Source of the DNA: Octopus vulgaris
Lineage: Eukaryota
Assembly (NCBI GenBank): GCA_951406725.2
Contig: OX597819.1
Coordinates: 35,402,001-35,466,000, forward strand
DNA length: 64,000 nt
Direction: 5' to 3'
The stretch's first letter is position 1, and each line of letters opens with the position of its first letter. The notes under the pieces were generated by a model. It was not told the origin of the DNA. It ran no database searches and saw nothing but the letters and a program-made list of their open reading frames with translations. A program made the translations under genes and the position numbers. Shown here piece after piece: positions 12,511 through 26,477 of this stretch.

Positions 12511-14657
12511 GTCAGAAAATTTAGAAGCACTACCTGGTTCTTTGGGTTCCTTTTAGTAGGTTCCAATCTGTTGTATTTGCATCAGGTCTTTTGTCTGAAG
12601 ATAGCTCAATATCTTTATGTGCTGCTTCATATCTTCATATTGATGCAGTACATGTGTTATTGTTCCTTCCTATTTCTTTCTTTCTGCTTAAGTTTTGGAA
12701 ATCCTGCAAGTGTCACGCGTATTGCTCTTCATCTTCTGATTGAACCATAAAAAAATTAAAATCTTATGTGATTGGAAACTTAACTAAAATAAGTTATATT
12801 TGACAAATAACATTAAATAGCTGTACAGTTTCTGTATAAAAATTGATTGCCAAAGAAATTTAATTCTAAGTATAAAATATTGTGAAAGTGTTTAAGAGTG
12901 ATGGAAAAGCAAGTACTTAAGTGGGTTCTAGTCAGGAGTTGTAATAAAGTTAACAATGTAGTTGTAATAATAGCAGAAGGTATATATTGCTTTATGACAG
13001 GCCAATGGTGAATGTGTATGTTGTGATGCATACTTATAATGTCTCAAATAGAATTACCAGCTGTTTAAGACTGAAATGTGTTTTGGCTCTAACAGTAAAA
13101 GACATTTTAGAAATAATTAGACTGGTTTTTATGTGTATTAAAAAAATAAATATTTATCCAAAAGTTCTTTAAAAGGTTAATCTCCAATCACTTGAAGTAA
13201 CTGATAAAATCACTTAGTGACTTAAAGGTGGCTGTAAAGTGTTACTGTGTACTGATCTACAACTAATTTATTCATTAAAAGAAAATTTCAATCTTCACTT
13301 AAACATTTTCAAATGAAAATGTTAAATACTAATTTTTTTCTTCTTTTTTTTTTTAAATTTCTATATTTGCTTATTGCCCTGAAGATTCAGTAATCTGCAG
13401 CTTAAAGGTTGCATTACTTGTACAAACTATGATGATAGGCGTTGAGGTGCAATTTCTGTTTTGAAAGATTCAAGTAGCTGACACATGCTTTTAAAGATTA
13501 ATATTTTGATGAAATAACGACTGTGAAAATGGTAATAACTAGATTGCTGGGGTGGAGGTTGTAATCATAGTGGGGTGATAATAAGGTGCTGCTGAATATT
13601 GCATATTTCTCATTATCATGTAGTCATATGTTGATATAGTTGACGTTGCAGCCATTACTGTGAGCTACTTTAAAGCTCTTGTGATACCAACCCACATGAG
13701 ACTATCTTTGATCCTACAACAGAAAACCTCTCATCTTAAAGTGATCATGTTTAAATTAAAACCTGTAGGGAATTATAAATTCTGGCCTGCATAAACAAAA
13801 GTGGAAGATAACATTTAACAATAGTTTTATTTACATTCTCCTCTGGTTGATCAATCAATATAACCGTGACAAGCTATTCCAACCATTATAAATAATGGAC
13901 ATGGTACATGAGGGATTTGCTACAAGTCTACCATAATTTCACATAAAAATATTTTGTTCAAAACACAAACCTAAAAATGAAAAGTTATTTTAGTAAATCT
14001 CACTAAATTCATGCTTATTTTTGAAATTAATTGAGGAATATTATTATCGTACAAAATCATTTCATTGTGCTGCTTAGTTCCTGTGGTTTTGATATAACTA
14101 TATCTGAGTGTCTATATTTCAAAATTTTCAGTGTCTGCATTTATATGTATGCATTTTATTTGTGTTGTGGACATAATCTTTCATTTGTATCCGATGTAAT
14201 ATCTTGTAACCCTTTGGGGTCTTTGTGTTTTAGTGATTGAAAGATAAATATAGTGGAATGGTTTGCCATCTGTCTCTTTAAATCTGTGTACATGTGTGTA
14301 GGAGGAATGAGTTCACTTGACTAGCTCTAACTCTCAATTTAACTTCATATTTTTAATCGATAACAGTGCACATGTGCTGAACATTTCTGAGAATTTTGCA
14401 AAAGTTTATTGTTGGGATTTGACATCAGCACTGCAAAATAATCGCTAGTTAATCAAACATTAATATTATTCATTACAACAGTATATCATTAGTGTCTATT
14501 TACAGGCTGTTCTGAAGCAGTAAGAGTTAAGTATTTTGCATATAGACAAAGTACAGATTTGTGACAAACTGTTAATTTTTCAACTGTTTGTCCTGTCATC
14601 AACCTGGCCACCTGTCACTTTTTTGTAAATGATTGGAACTAAAAGAATGTTTCATAA

Positions 14658-15078
14658 CTCTTTTACTTGTTTCAGTCATTTGACTGTGGCCATGCTGGAG
14701 CACCGCCTTTAGTCGAGCAAATCGACCCCAGGACTTTTTCTTTGTAAGCCTAGTACTTATTCTATCGGTCACTTTTGCCGAACCGCTAGGTTACGGGGAC
14801 GTAAACACACCAGAATCGGTTGTCAAGCGATGGGGGGGGGGGAAACACAGACATACAAACATATATGTGCACACATACATATACATACATATATATATAT
14901 ATATATACATATACACAACAGGCTTCTTTCAGTTTCCGTCTACCAAATCCACTCACAAGGCTTTGGTCGGCCTGAGGCTACAGTAGAAGACACTTGCCCA
15001 AGGTGCCATACAGTGGGACTGAACCCAGAACCATGTGGTTGGTAAGCAAGCTACTTACCACACAGCCACTCCTACACC
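14658..15078 (-). mobile_element. full-length SINE family A
   Basis: Reverse-complement homolog of 11823-12230. Confidence 0.9.
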
Positions 15079-17038
15079 TGTATTATAAACATATATTTTG
15101 CTAATTAAGAAACAGTCTAAGCCAGTCACAGGCATACTGTGGCATGCAGGGCTTTCTGAATAGAGTGCATAACTTGAATTTATCTTGAATTTTTTCGTAG
15201 TGCAGCCCACCTGATGATGATCCATGTCTCATGCAGCCTGAGATTGCCTATGCCTGCTCTAAGTTGTCAAGCACAAAAGTTACATATTTTCCCAAGAGCT
15301 ACAAAAGTAAAAGTATGTTCTTAGGACATTGTAATGGAAAGCTTAAAGGGTCATGATTAATGCTCCTGAAAACAAAAAAAATATTGTTCCAAATCATCTT
15401 AAATCATTTCTAGGCATTCTACAACTACGTACTATTAATTAACTGAAAGCTTAACAAAGTCTGTTGAGGTAAATCAAATTATAGTTATTACATAATTAAA
15501 CTGATTTTAATGTGTTTTTGGTTCACTGGCTTTTATTCTGTGGTTACACTATGCCATTAATGCATAAACTATCTTTTCTTAAACAGCTAACCACCAAAGA
15601 CAATATAATTTTTATTGAACTATTAAGCTGCCATAAATTTAAAAAAAAACTACATACAAGACAAAGAAGAAGCCTTTATGTGGCTGCTTGGTATGATAGA
15701 AATATCAGTCAAATCTTTCTCAAATCATTCCTTACTATCTTAAAGTAAAAGATACTTAGGATAATTTAGTCCTTGGATATCAGCTTCATTAAACTGATTT
15801 GAAGTTAAACTCCAACAATAACAACAACAATTGTGAAATGACTTTCTTGCTGGTAAACAGGAAGTGAGTTGAATTATATTTACTGGTGGTAATTAGACAT
15901 AAAACCACGAATTTCTAGGAGAATGAGATTGTGTGACATTCTTGACTTTCTCAAAAGCATTAACAACATAAATGGTCTTAATTGGCTTCAAGTAGGACTT
16001 CAAACTGATTACAAGTGGAATATAGTATTTTTTCCCATTCTTCTTCTTCTGAAGAATGCATATATCTTGGTGATCTGTTCATTTGGAATCCTGAGTCACA
16101 AAAATTCATAACATGTTTCTATGAGTGTATTTTTTTTTTTCTTACGCCAGGCAATGAACCAGTACAAGGTTGTAGTCCAGTCAGGTCATCATAATGGTAT
16201 TTCCTTTCTATAAATAGAAATCTAATGTTGGTGGTGGTGGAGGGGTACACTGAGTTGGGGGTGAAAAATTGCTTAGTCTTAAAAGTTGACCTGGAAATGT
16301 TTGTTTTGTATGTAAACATTGAAAGCAAATAATTTATGGGTGCAGCTGTTTCTAAGTAAATATGTCTTGGTTGTTTCAAAAGGATTTCATTTTTTGAAGA
16401 TATTTTCTTAGAATTGGTCATATACATATTTTTTTGAATAGAAAGAGAAACGGCTCAGTTTTTATTGCTTTAGGTTCCAAAGAGTCACTTTTAACCTTTC
16501 TTTAGAGAACTTCTCAAAGGTTTTTGATTTTCTTTTCACTAAGAGTGCAGTGTTTTTATTTCATTCTTAAGAAGAAAATAAAAGAAATATCAATTGGGTT
16601 ATAATTAAATAAAAAAAAAGAAGAAAGTGTTATTTATCAAATGTTATTAATGTGGTGTAACTAATATGGCTAACATGGAGATTAATTTTCCATTTAGCTA
16701 AATAAATGAGATGTGCTGCACAGTGGGTTTGAACCTGGAGTCACATGGGGGAAGTGAATGTCTTAGCCACATAGCCATGCCTGACCCATGTTATTTGTTA
16801 ATATTTGTTATTTAATATGCATACATTTTATATGCAGTGTCTATATGTGGTAAACAAATACTGAATTATGAATTAGAAATCATCCTATACTAAAGTGAAG
16901 AAAACATCGCTTTTATGAATCAAAGCTGTTACTTTATTCAGTTTTAGTAACATTAAACAGCTGAGCCAAATTTACTTTCCAAACATTCACAGAACTCTGG
17001 CACATTGCAGGCAGTTTTATCAGAATTTCTAGTATTGC

Positions 17039-17331
17039 GGCCTCCGTGTTGGTGGCACGTAAAAAGCACCATCCGATCGTGGCCGTTGCCAGCCTCGTCT
17101 GGCACGTAAAAAGCGCCATCCGATCGTGGCCGTTGCCAACCTCGTCTGGCACGTAAAAAGCACCCACTACACTCACAGAGTGGTTGGCGTTAGGAAGGGC
17201 ATCCAGCTGTAGAAACACTGCCAGATCAGACTGGAGCCTGGTGCAGCCTCCTCCCAGACCCCAGTTGACCTGTCCAACCCATGCTAGCATGGAAAGCAGA
17301 CATTAAATGATGATGATGATGATGATGATAA
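17039..17331 (+). mobile_element. SINE-like family B
   Basis: Homologous to 9916-10188 with three GGCACGTAAAA units. Confidence 0.8.
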
Positions 17332-19812
17332 TGCAGTTAATTGAGGTTTGTAGAATACAATATTGTATCCAGAGAGACAAAAACACTGATATCAGTTATG
17401 AAATGATCTTGGAATTGGAGTTTTGTTCTTATATGAGAAGTCGGTCTCTGTCAGGGGTCACTTGTTTCCCTACTAGCTGTTGTTATTTAGAGGGGATTGG
17501 TGGCTGGGTCGCTCTGTTCATTGTTTTCAAAGATGATCAAGTATTTGGTTTGTTTGCTGAGCAGCTTTGTATAACATGAGAGCTTAATGGAGCAAACTGG
17601 AAAATCTGAAGGGAGAGTTCAAATCATTTGTTCCCTGATTAAACCTAAAGCCACATTATTTGTTTTCAGTATTACTTGACGACAAAGATGAGAGTGTGGA
17701 GAGAGTAAATACAACACTTTATGTAAATTTTAGATAAGACTTGTATAAATAGCTGTATTATCCCAGCAAATGATTCGAATGTGGCTGGAGTAAGGAGCAA
17801 ATTTTTTCCACAATTTTTGATCCTCCTCCACATGGTTCTCTTTCCTGTCTCCATTCTTTCCTTTCTTTTTTTTTTTTTTTGGTAGGAGGGGTACTTATTT
17901 TCTGTATTATTCTAAGTTTTACGCAATCAATGCTCTTTCTGCAAAAATCAATATATTAACCTCATTTTTCCTGTGTTTTGCCTCTACTTTGGTAATACTA
18001 TTTAATTTTTTTGATGGGGAGGACTGCGAAAACCTTGTGTGTGTGTGTGTGTGTTCCTTTGGTAGGAAGAAAGGGTAAATAAGGTAGTCCACAACACCTT
18101 CATGTTGCTACTACCAAATAGTTATTTTATCAATGCTGACATTTGATTGGATCCAGGTTTAAGTTCAGCAAGTACTTAGAAGGAAAAACAAAAACTAAAA
18201 GAAAAAAGCAGCACAAAACAAAACGGTTCTTTATGAATGTTTTCTCTGAATATTCCTATCTTCTGCAAAATAACACACCTTTTTTCTATTAGAGAAAAAA
18301 AAAAAATGTATTTTCTTTTTACCTTTTTTTTTCTTCTTTCCTCTATCCATCCCCCTTTCTCATTTTTAAATGTTTTATCTTACTTCTCAGGGGGATATTT
18401 TTGGTATTAAAGGAAATCTTTGTTTCAGTTCTTTTACAGTTATTTTGGTGAGGAGAGCAGTGATATTACAATGCTGTATAGTAGGGTAGTAGTGTGAAGG
18501 AAGTGATGGTTGAATGAAAAATTCTGGGTTATTTTTCTAATTTTAGGGAGAAAACTGCATTACTGAGTTTACAGATGTTTTTGCATCACTGACTTTATCA
18601 GTCAAGGGAAATCTTATTCAGTTGAGCATCTTATTGAAAAATGTGATGGCGGTGGTGGTGGTGGATTCACTATTGCTGTGACTGATGATGATGATGATCA
18701 TGATAGATTTCCTATTGTTGTTACTGATGAAGGTGGTGGTGGTGATGGTTGATGTGGTATTGTGTGTAGTGACAGGAATAGTAGTAGTTGTTGTTGTGGT
18801 GGTGGTGGTTGTTGAAAAGGTTGAAAGAGGGGCGAGCAGCAGCATTTCGCACTAAGATTGTTGCAGTGTGTGCAGGGAACGCTTTAAACTATTTTGTGGG
18901 GAACTGAGGTGGAGTTGCCTTTTTGTATTTTTTTTTTTGTTTTTACTTATTTTTTTTTTTTTTTACTTATTTTTTTTTTTTATTCATTGTTTCATTTTTG
19001 AATTTTTAACCATTATTGAATTCTTTCAATATTATTGCCTGCCTATTACTATAAGCATCACACATATGTTAGGAAATATTTTATTTTACCTTTTTTTTTC
19101 CCCCAAAGATTTTTCTCTTACTGGAAGTACTAAATGTGTGTTGTTTGCAATTTGGCTCCATTTCCAATTTTTGCATTTTTGTTTTTTGAATTCCATGTGA
19201 AAATTGATTTTCTTTTTTATGTGTTCTATACAATTGCAAAGTATTAAGTATATTGGGGAAGAGAAATTGGATGATGTAATATACAAGCATTACCCATTGG
19301 CATTTTGAATGTAAGTGAATTGATTGGAATGGCTTCTATGGAGAATCAAAATTGTGTCATGGACTCTGTTTGTTGGGAACTTGCATTTCTTGCTCTATGC
19401 ACCCAATTTCATACTGATATTGATTTTTATGTTTTTTTAAATATTTGCTCACTAAGCGAGTCTCAAAAGAGGAATAAAACCATCAAGAGAAAATGGAGAC
19501 AGGAAATTGGAGAGAGAGAGAGATAGAAAGAGAGAGAAAGAATGACTGATCATCAGAAACTGAGCTATTTGTACTTCACTTTAAACTTGACATAGGGAAA
19601 TCAAGTAAAATTAGAAATCTCTTCATTTCCTCCTTAATTTGTTTTGGAATTAATTGACATTTTTTGTACTCAGTGTGATGAGACATTTCTTTAATTTTCT
19701 AGCATTTTGATTGGAGGATATAAGATAGCTTCATTGGGGGAGGAGGTAAATTTGTGCTACCTTGAAATATTTTGCAAATGTGTGTGTGTGTGTGTGTGTG
19801 TATGCCTCATAT

Positions 19813-20350
19813 CTTTTTTATCCTTAACTTCTTAAGTCATTGGACTGTGGCCATACTGGGGCATTGCCTTGAAGAATTTTTAGTTGAATGAATTGATCCC
19901 AGAACTTTTTTTTCAAAGCCTAGTACTTATTCTATTGGACTTTTTTGCTGAACTACTAAGTTACAGGGATGTAAGCACATCAATACAGGATGTCAAGTGG
20001 CAGTTTGGGACAAACACAAACACAAAGATACACACACAACAACAGGCTTCTTTCAGTTTTCATCTATCAATCCCACTCATAAGGCTTTGGTCAGCCTGAG
20101 GCTGTGGTAGAAGACACTTGCCCAAGGTGCCACACAATGGAACTGAACCTGGAACCATGTGGTTGGGAAGCAAGCATCTTACCACATGCACATATCTATG
20201 GGACAGGTAAGGCTGAATAGTAATGAAGTTTACTTCATAAGCATATGGTTTTGGGTTCCATCTCATTGTGTGCTGCCTTCAACAAATATTTTCTATCATA
20301 CTCTCAGGTTGACCAATGTGTCATGAGAAAAACTGGTAAATGGAAACTAT
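19813..20350. mobile_element. degenerate SINE A (-) followed by a more degenerate SINE A (+)
   Basis: Homology to family A in both orientations. Confidence 0.7.
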
Positions 20351-20770
20351 ACAGAAGCCCATCATGTGTGTGTGTGTGTGTTGATGCCCCTTGGGTGATT
20401 GTATTGTTATATTTACATTTCCCATTATCAATGCATACTGTGTGTGTGTGAATGCCAAAGAGGTAAGGATTGGCAACAGAAATGGCATCTATCTGTTAAA
20501 TAATATGTCATGATGAATTTAGTTTTGCAACTATTTAGTTCCATAGTTGATTCTACTGTCACCCGTCTTCTAATATATTAGCCTTAAGTTGACCATTGCT
20601 TCACAAGCAGAATTTGATGAATGGAAACACACTCACCCACACATAATGGACTTCCTTCGGATAGATTATTTCAAATTCACCAATGAGCACACTTGAATAG
20701 CATCAACTGTGTGTACATTATTTACAATTAACGGATATTTGTCCTCATCTTGTTTGTTGTTAACATAATG

Positions 20771-21215
20771 TTCCGTTTTCCATGCTGCCATGGGTTGGAC
20801 AGTTTGATTGAAAACTGGTTAGCTGGGGAGCTGCACCAGGTTCCAATCTGATTTGGCAAGGTTTCTATGGCTGGATGCCTTTCCTATTGCCAACCACTCC
20901 AAGGGTTTTTTTTTTTTGTGTGCCACCAGCACAGGTGCCATTTACCTGACACTGACATTGGCCACAACTACGGTCTTGCTTGGCTTGACAGGTCCACATA
21001 GCATGGTATATTGTGCCAAAGGTCTCAGTCACCTGTCACTGCTTCCATGAGGTTCAATGCTCAAATGGTGCTTTTTATGTGCCTCTGGCACAGGTGCCAG
21101 TCAGACGGCACTGGCATCAGCCGTGACTAAGATTTCACTTGGAGTGACAGGTCTTCACAAGCACAGCACATTGCCCAACATTTGAAGGGTGCTTTTAACA
21201 GGCCAGTTATGCAAC
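20771..21215 (-). mobile_element. degenerate family B element
   Basis: Reverse-complement core GGCTGGATGCCTTTCCTATTGCCAACC. Confidence 0.7.
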
Positions 21216-21305
21216 ACAATGAATAAATGAATAAATAAGTAAGCATGCTACATTTGCAACCACAGGATCAGTGATATAAAACAACTCTGTATGTGTTCTG
21301 TTTGG

Positions 21306-21755
21306 AACTGCTTGCTTGACAAATCACATGATCTGAGATCATGCGTTGAAGTTGAAAAAATTCCTTTGTGAAAGAGCCAGTTAAGAAAGAACACATCAAT
21401 ATTACGAAAGTGCATTGGTGACTAGGTTGCAAAAGTGCATGGAAACTGTGATACTTCGTTGTATATAACATATTTATTTACTCATGCGTAATGTGAGAAA
21501 TTTAAATACAAAACATCAGAGTGAGAAGTGACAGGTAGCATTAAACTCAACCTTTTTTTTAAAGTGTATATATATAAATACATAGTATAATTCTGATATT
21601 CAATTATTTAAAGTGGGTGGCCAGATGTTATTTTTGAAATTGCATTGAAATATGTATGATATTATCAAGAAATAACTGAAAGTGAATGTAACAGGAATTT
21701 GAATTACTAATTGAATAAAATAACTATTTTGTTAGGCAATAGTTTATTGTTGTTG

Positions 21756-21826
<71 letters not shown>

Positions 21827-22207
21827 TATTTGTGTGTGTGTATGTGTGTGTGTGTATATATATGTATGTGTGTGTGTCTATGTATGTGTGTGTGTGTATA
21901 TATATGTATATGTGTGTATATATGTGTGTGTGTATATATAATATATATATATTGGGTTGGTGCATAATTATTGCTGCTTTTTTTCAACAAATTTTATTCA
22001 GCAAAAACAATAACAACATGTAACAAAAACATCTTTAAATGATTATTCTGGAGCATATTCACCATGTACTTCAATTACTGCTTCCCATTGCTTGGCAGAT
22101 GGTCAGACCGTCATTTAAAGATGTTTTTGTTAAATATTGTTAGTGTTGTTGATGAATAAAATTCGATAAAAAAAAGCCACAATAATTATGCACCAACCCA
22201 ATATGTA

Positions 22208-22297
<90 letters not shown>

Positions 22298-22923
22298 CGT
22301 GACCGACCAGGCTATCAGATGTTGCCACACATCGGTGGTCACAATGTGCTTCATATTGTTTTAGCCTTTCAAATGACACCATCCCGCTTGCTAAGCGAGC
22401 AGGCCAACAGAAGAAAGAGTGAGAGAAAGTTGTGGCAAAAGAGTACAGCGGGGATCGCCACCACCCCCTGCCGGACCCTCGTGGAGCTTTGGGTGTTTTC
22501 GGGCAATAAACACTCACAACGCCAGGTAAAAAAAAAATCACCCAGCACTCTTTGCTAAGTGGTTGGTGCTAGGAAGAGCATCCAGCCGTAGAAACCATGC
22601 CACAACAGACAGTTGTATTCTGGGCAGCTCCCTGTTAGCCAGCTCTGGGTCAAACCCTGTCCAACCCATGCCAGAGTGAATGTAACAGGAATTTGAGTTA
22701 CTTCTCACTCTGATGTTTTGTATTTAAATTTCTCACATTACGCATGAGTAAATAAATATGTTATATACAACGAAGTATCACAGTTTCCACACACTTTTGC
22801 AACCTAGTCACCAACACACTTTCGCAATATTGATGTGTCCTTTCTTAACTGGTTCTTTCACAAAAGAATTCTTTCAACTTCAACACATGATCTCAGATCA
22901 TGTGACTTGTCAAGCAAGCAGTT
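21306..22923. repeat. 224-bp inverted repeat (arms 21306-21529 and 22700-22923)
   Basis: Manual alignment: about 11 mismatches, all transitions, no gaps. Confidence 0.9.
21952..22201. mobile_element. mariner-derived MITE with long TIRs, inserted in a (TA)n/(TG)n tract
   Basis: TA|TTGGGTTGGTGCATAATTATTG...CAATAATTATGCACCAACCCAA|TA; internal minus-strand remnant WEAVIEVHGEYAPE* resembles a mariner C-terminus. Confidence 0.85.
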
Positions 22924-23561
22924 GAGTATTGTTGAGGAGTACTGTGCTTTCAGTGAACCAAGTCTGAAATTGGGTTTCAATTTCAGGTTGCAACCATTTG
23001 AGTTTATCTATGATGTTAATATTTTTGGGAGAAGAGTGGTGGATTGGTAGAATAAGTAGAGCAACAGACAAAATATTTTGTGGTATTTAATTATATTTAT
23101 GATGTGAGTTCAAATACTATCACGATCAACTTTTGTGCCGACAATATAATAGTTAAATACTGGATTTGCTATAATTGATTGCTATTGCCTTCTCACCAAA
23201 TTTGTGACTTTATGCTTATATAATAATAAATCAGTATTTTTGAGGGAAATATGAATACTCGTTATCTCATTTTCCCTTATCAGTAGATTGAAGTCTCGTA
23301 GCTCATTATTTATGTTTTTCAATGTGCAGAAGCATTATAGACTGAATTTATTTTGAACACTTGTGAGTATTGTGTCTTTCATGTAAATCATGGTGATGAT
23401 GGTGATAATGATGATGATCTTCATCATCACCATCATCACTAATATATTAACAGATGTGGCTTAACCTGTATTCACCTAACTAAAATGAATTCTCCTTCAG
23501 AGCTGGGTTTTTCCACCCTCAATTCTCTACCAGCAGCAGCACCACCACCATGCTGCTGCTG

Positions 23562-23597
<36 letters not shown>

Positions 23598-24649
23598 TCA
23601 CCACGACGACGACCACCACCACCACTCACCAAACGCTATCATTTGATGACTTAATTTCCATCTATTCTATGCCATAGTAAATATTGATAAGACAGCCACT
23701 GTCACTAATTAGTCACCAATGTGTGTAATGTGATAAGCTATAGAAATAGGGGAGGATGTACTATTGATATGTGTGTGTGTGTGTGTTCAATCAGTTTCAA
23801 CTATATACATTTGCTTGTTTAGTTAGCATGTTTAGCATGTATTAAATCAACTTCTCTTTGTTAGAAGTCAATTTCAATTGCTTTATTGTGCTGTATTTTA
23901 ACCTCCCCTCGTATTCAACAGGATCCTTCTTTTTTATATGAATATAACTGTTAAGTCCTTACATATCCTAACAAAAAAAAAAAAAAATCCATACCCTAGA
24001 AGCATATCAGGAAATCTTTTATATTTTTAGAGATGGAAAGAGAGAGAGCTGGGAGAGGGATTAGCTCACCTCTCTCTACCCTTTTTCTCTTCATTCTTTG
24101 TCACTTTTCTCTCCAAAACCTAAACAAGTTTTCCATAAGTTTTCAACTCCCCCAGCCATCTTCTAAAGTCACAAGCTTCAAGCTTATATAAAGCAAGCAG
24201 TTATTATCATAATGTTTGTGTATGCAGCAGTTGCAATTGTGAAGCAGTAATAAGTTCTTGGAGAAAACATATCTGTGACCTGGTTTGAATTCCTTGTTAG
24301 AATCCCTCCACTTATAGGCATGCTTTTGTGCAAGGCATGAACATCACAATTTTCCATTTATTTTCTAAAAATATTCAGGTTTATGTATATCTAAGAAAAT
24401 GTTATTATTTATTTTTTAATTTGATATTGAACCTAATCAAAAGAAATTATACTTTTATGTATTTATTTTGTATATCTGTCTGTTTCATTGTTTGCACTCT
24501 TGTTCCCCCCTACTTTCTCCCTTTCCTCTGTGCATGTTGCATGTGCAGCCCACACATTTCACTGCTGACATCTTTTTGGTATGCGTCATGTGTAACATCT
24601 CCATATCTCTCAAGAGTGTATAATGACTCGTGCTGGAACTATGCTTCCC

Positions 24650-25080
24650 TTCTTTCTCACAGTGGTTCTTATCTGCTGTTATACTATCACTGGTTATTAT
24701 CTGCTGCTATACTATGAGTGATATCTGCCGCTACATTATCAGTGGTTATTATCTGCTGCCATACTATCATCAATGGTCATCTGCTACCATACTATCACTG
24801 TCTCTTATCTGTTGCTGCATTATAATGGTTATCTGTTGCCCACACTATCAGTGGTTTGTTACCTGGTTATATACCATCATTGGTTATTATCTGCTGTAGT
24901 ACTATCAGTGGTTGTTATAATTTGCAGCTTTACTATCAGCGGTGGTTATTATCTGCTGCTTTACTATCACTGGTTGATGCCTGCTGCTACACTGTCAATC
25001 CTTGTTATCTGCTGCTATACTATCAGTTGTTATCTGCTGTTGTACCATCTGTGGTTGTTAACTACCTCTATGCTATCATA
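24650..25080. repeat. degenerate ~32-bp minisatellite (TACTATCAGTGGTTATTATCTGCTGC core)
   Basis: Roughly a dozen diverged tandem units. Confidence 0.8.
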
Positions 25081-26088
25081 CATCAATTTGCTAACAAGCT
25101 GGGATTTGTTGAGAGAATATATACTTACATTTAATTACAACATCGATATTTTATCTTTGTTTTGATATTTTAATATTCAATCTAAAGTATTTTTTTTTAA
25201 TTCAATTTTTTTCTCTTATTTTCAGTTCCTTTTTTGAAATTTAATAACATTATTATTAAATAGTTCATTGTTTCTGGCTTCCAGAAAATGATGTAACGTG
25301 AGGATATAGGAGGTGGGGTGCTGTAAATAAACGTCTGCTCAGCGGTGAATGTTGTCACAGCTTAATTTCATTTTTTCCCCCTTCTTGGTTTTTGTGTAGG
25401 ATGGATGTTAAATTAAGACTAAGTTTAGATCAAAATGAATATGATGAAGTTGGTGGTGGTGGATTTGTACTCAATATGATTGCATTTTGTGAAGCACCCT
25501 CTTCATAGTTTCTTTTGTTCTCTTTTCTCCTTCTTTTAGTTCTGTATATTTTGATGCTATGATGTGTGGGAGGTACTACTTTCAGAATGATTAGTGAGTG
25601 GCAACAGTGATGAGAAGTACAATGGCGAATTACCATAATGAATTTGTGCAAATGTGGCCCAACTGAGGAATTCTTCATAGAGATTATATACTGAATGAGG
25701 AATGTCCCACATCTCTCAACCTAGATATCAATTATTTTGGCAGTGGTTGAAAATTCCTCCCCCGTCCACCCTCCAATTTTTCTAGTATTGTTTTGCAGAC
25801 TGATGTTATCTGTGAGAAATGCCTGCAGTAAATGTTCTGCTGTTGCTGAAATTTAAAGCTGGTGGAGATGGGGAAGAATATAGACAACGTGCACACATGC
25901 ACACATACAAATACATGCATATGCACATAGAGACACACACAACCACACATACATGTTTACATACACACACACACGTACATGCATGCACATGTTTGTACAT
26001 GTGTAAACACACAAACACATAGACTTGTTCACACACACACACACGCACACACACACACACACACTACATTTTAATATTTTAGTTCAGT

Positions 26089-26330
26089 CGGTGAGCTGGC
26101 AAAATTGTTAGCATGCTGGACAAATTGCTTAGTGGCATTTCACCCATCGTTATTTTCTGAGTTCAAATTCCACTGAGGTCAACATTGCCTTTCGTTCTTT
26201 TTTTTTTTGGTGGTGGTGGTGGTGGTGGTGGGGTCGATAAAATAAGTACCAGTTGAACACTGGAGCCGATGAAATCAACTAACACTCTCTCCTGAAATTG
26301 CTGGTCTTGTGCCAAACTGTGAAATCAATA
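26089..26330 (+). mobile_element. tRNA-derived SINE family F
   Basis: GGTGAGCTGGC head, GAGTTCAAATTCC B box, GGGGTCGATAAAATAAGTACCAG central domain; other copies near 31425, 32715, 34254, 40275 (+) and 47875 (-). Confidence 0.75.
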
Positions 26331-26477
26331 TTTTAGTTCATTCTCTGAACTCTGCATTTCGTATCTCAATTTCCTGAAGATGAGATGATTAATAAATTAC
26401 AAATTGTAATCAAATGTTACTATTTTTAGACTAAGCTTATTTTGGGGACTTTCTTTCTAGAAAGAGAACTATTGATT

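Noticed and set aside
18551-18623. Possible multi-branch RNA fold (ACTGAGT/ATTCAGT enclosing two small hairpins)
   Set aside because: Stems are only 4-7 bp in AT-rich DNA, compatible with chance, and no family motif was recognised
20705-20772. Penelope-like fragment (related reverse piece at ~55500-55575) checked for a hammerhead
   Set aside because: Truncated before any ribozyme core
21711-22558. Poly-CV/HT/YI ORFs (also at 25732-26062, 38691-39496 and 55404-55999)
   Set aside because: Translations of dinucleotide microsatellites
24328-25165. Overlapping hydrophobic or Cys-rich ORFs
   Set aside because: Produced by the degenerate 32-bp minisatellite
25200-25350. Acceptor-like sites at ~25225 and ~25284
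   Set aside because: No strong matching donor and no meaningful reading frame
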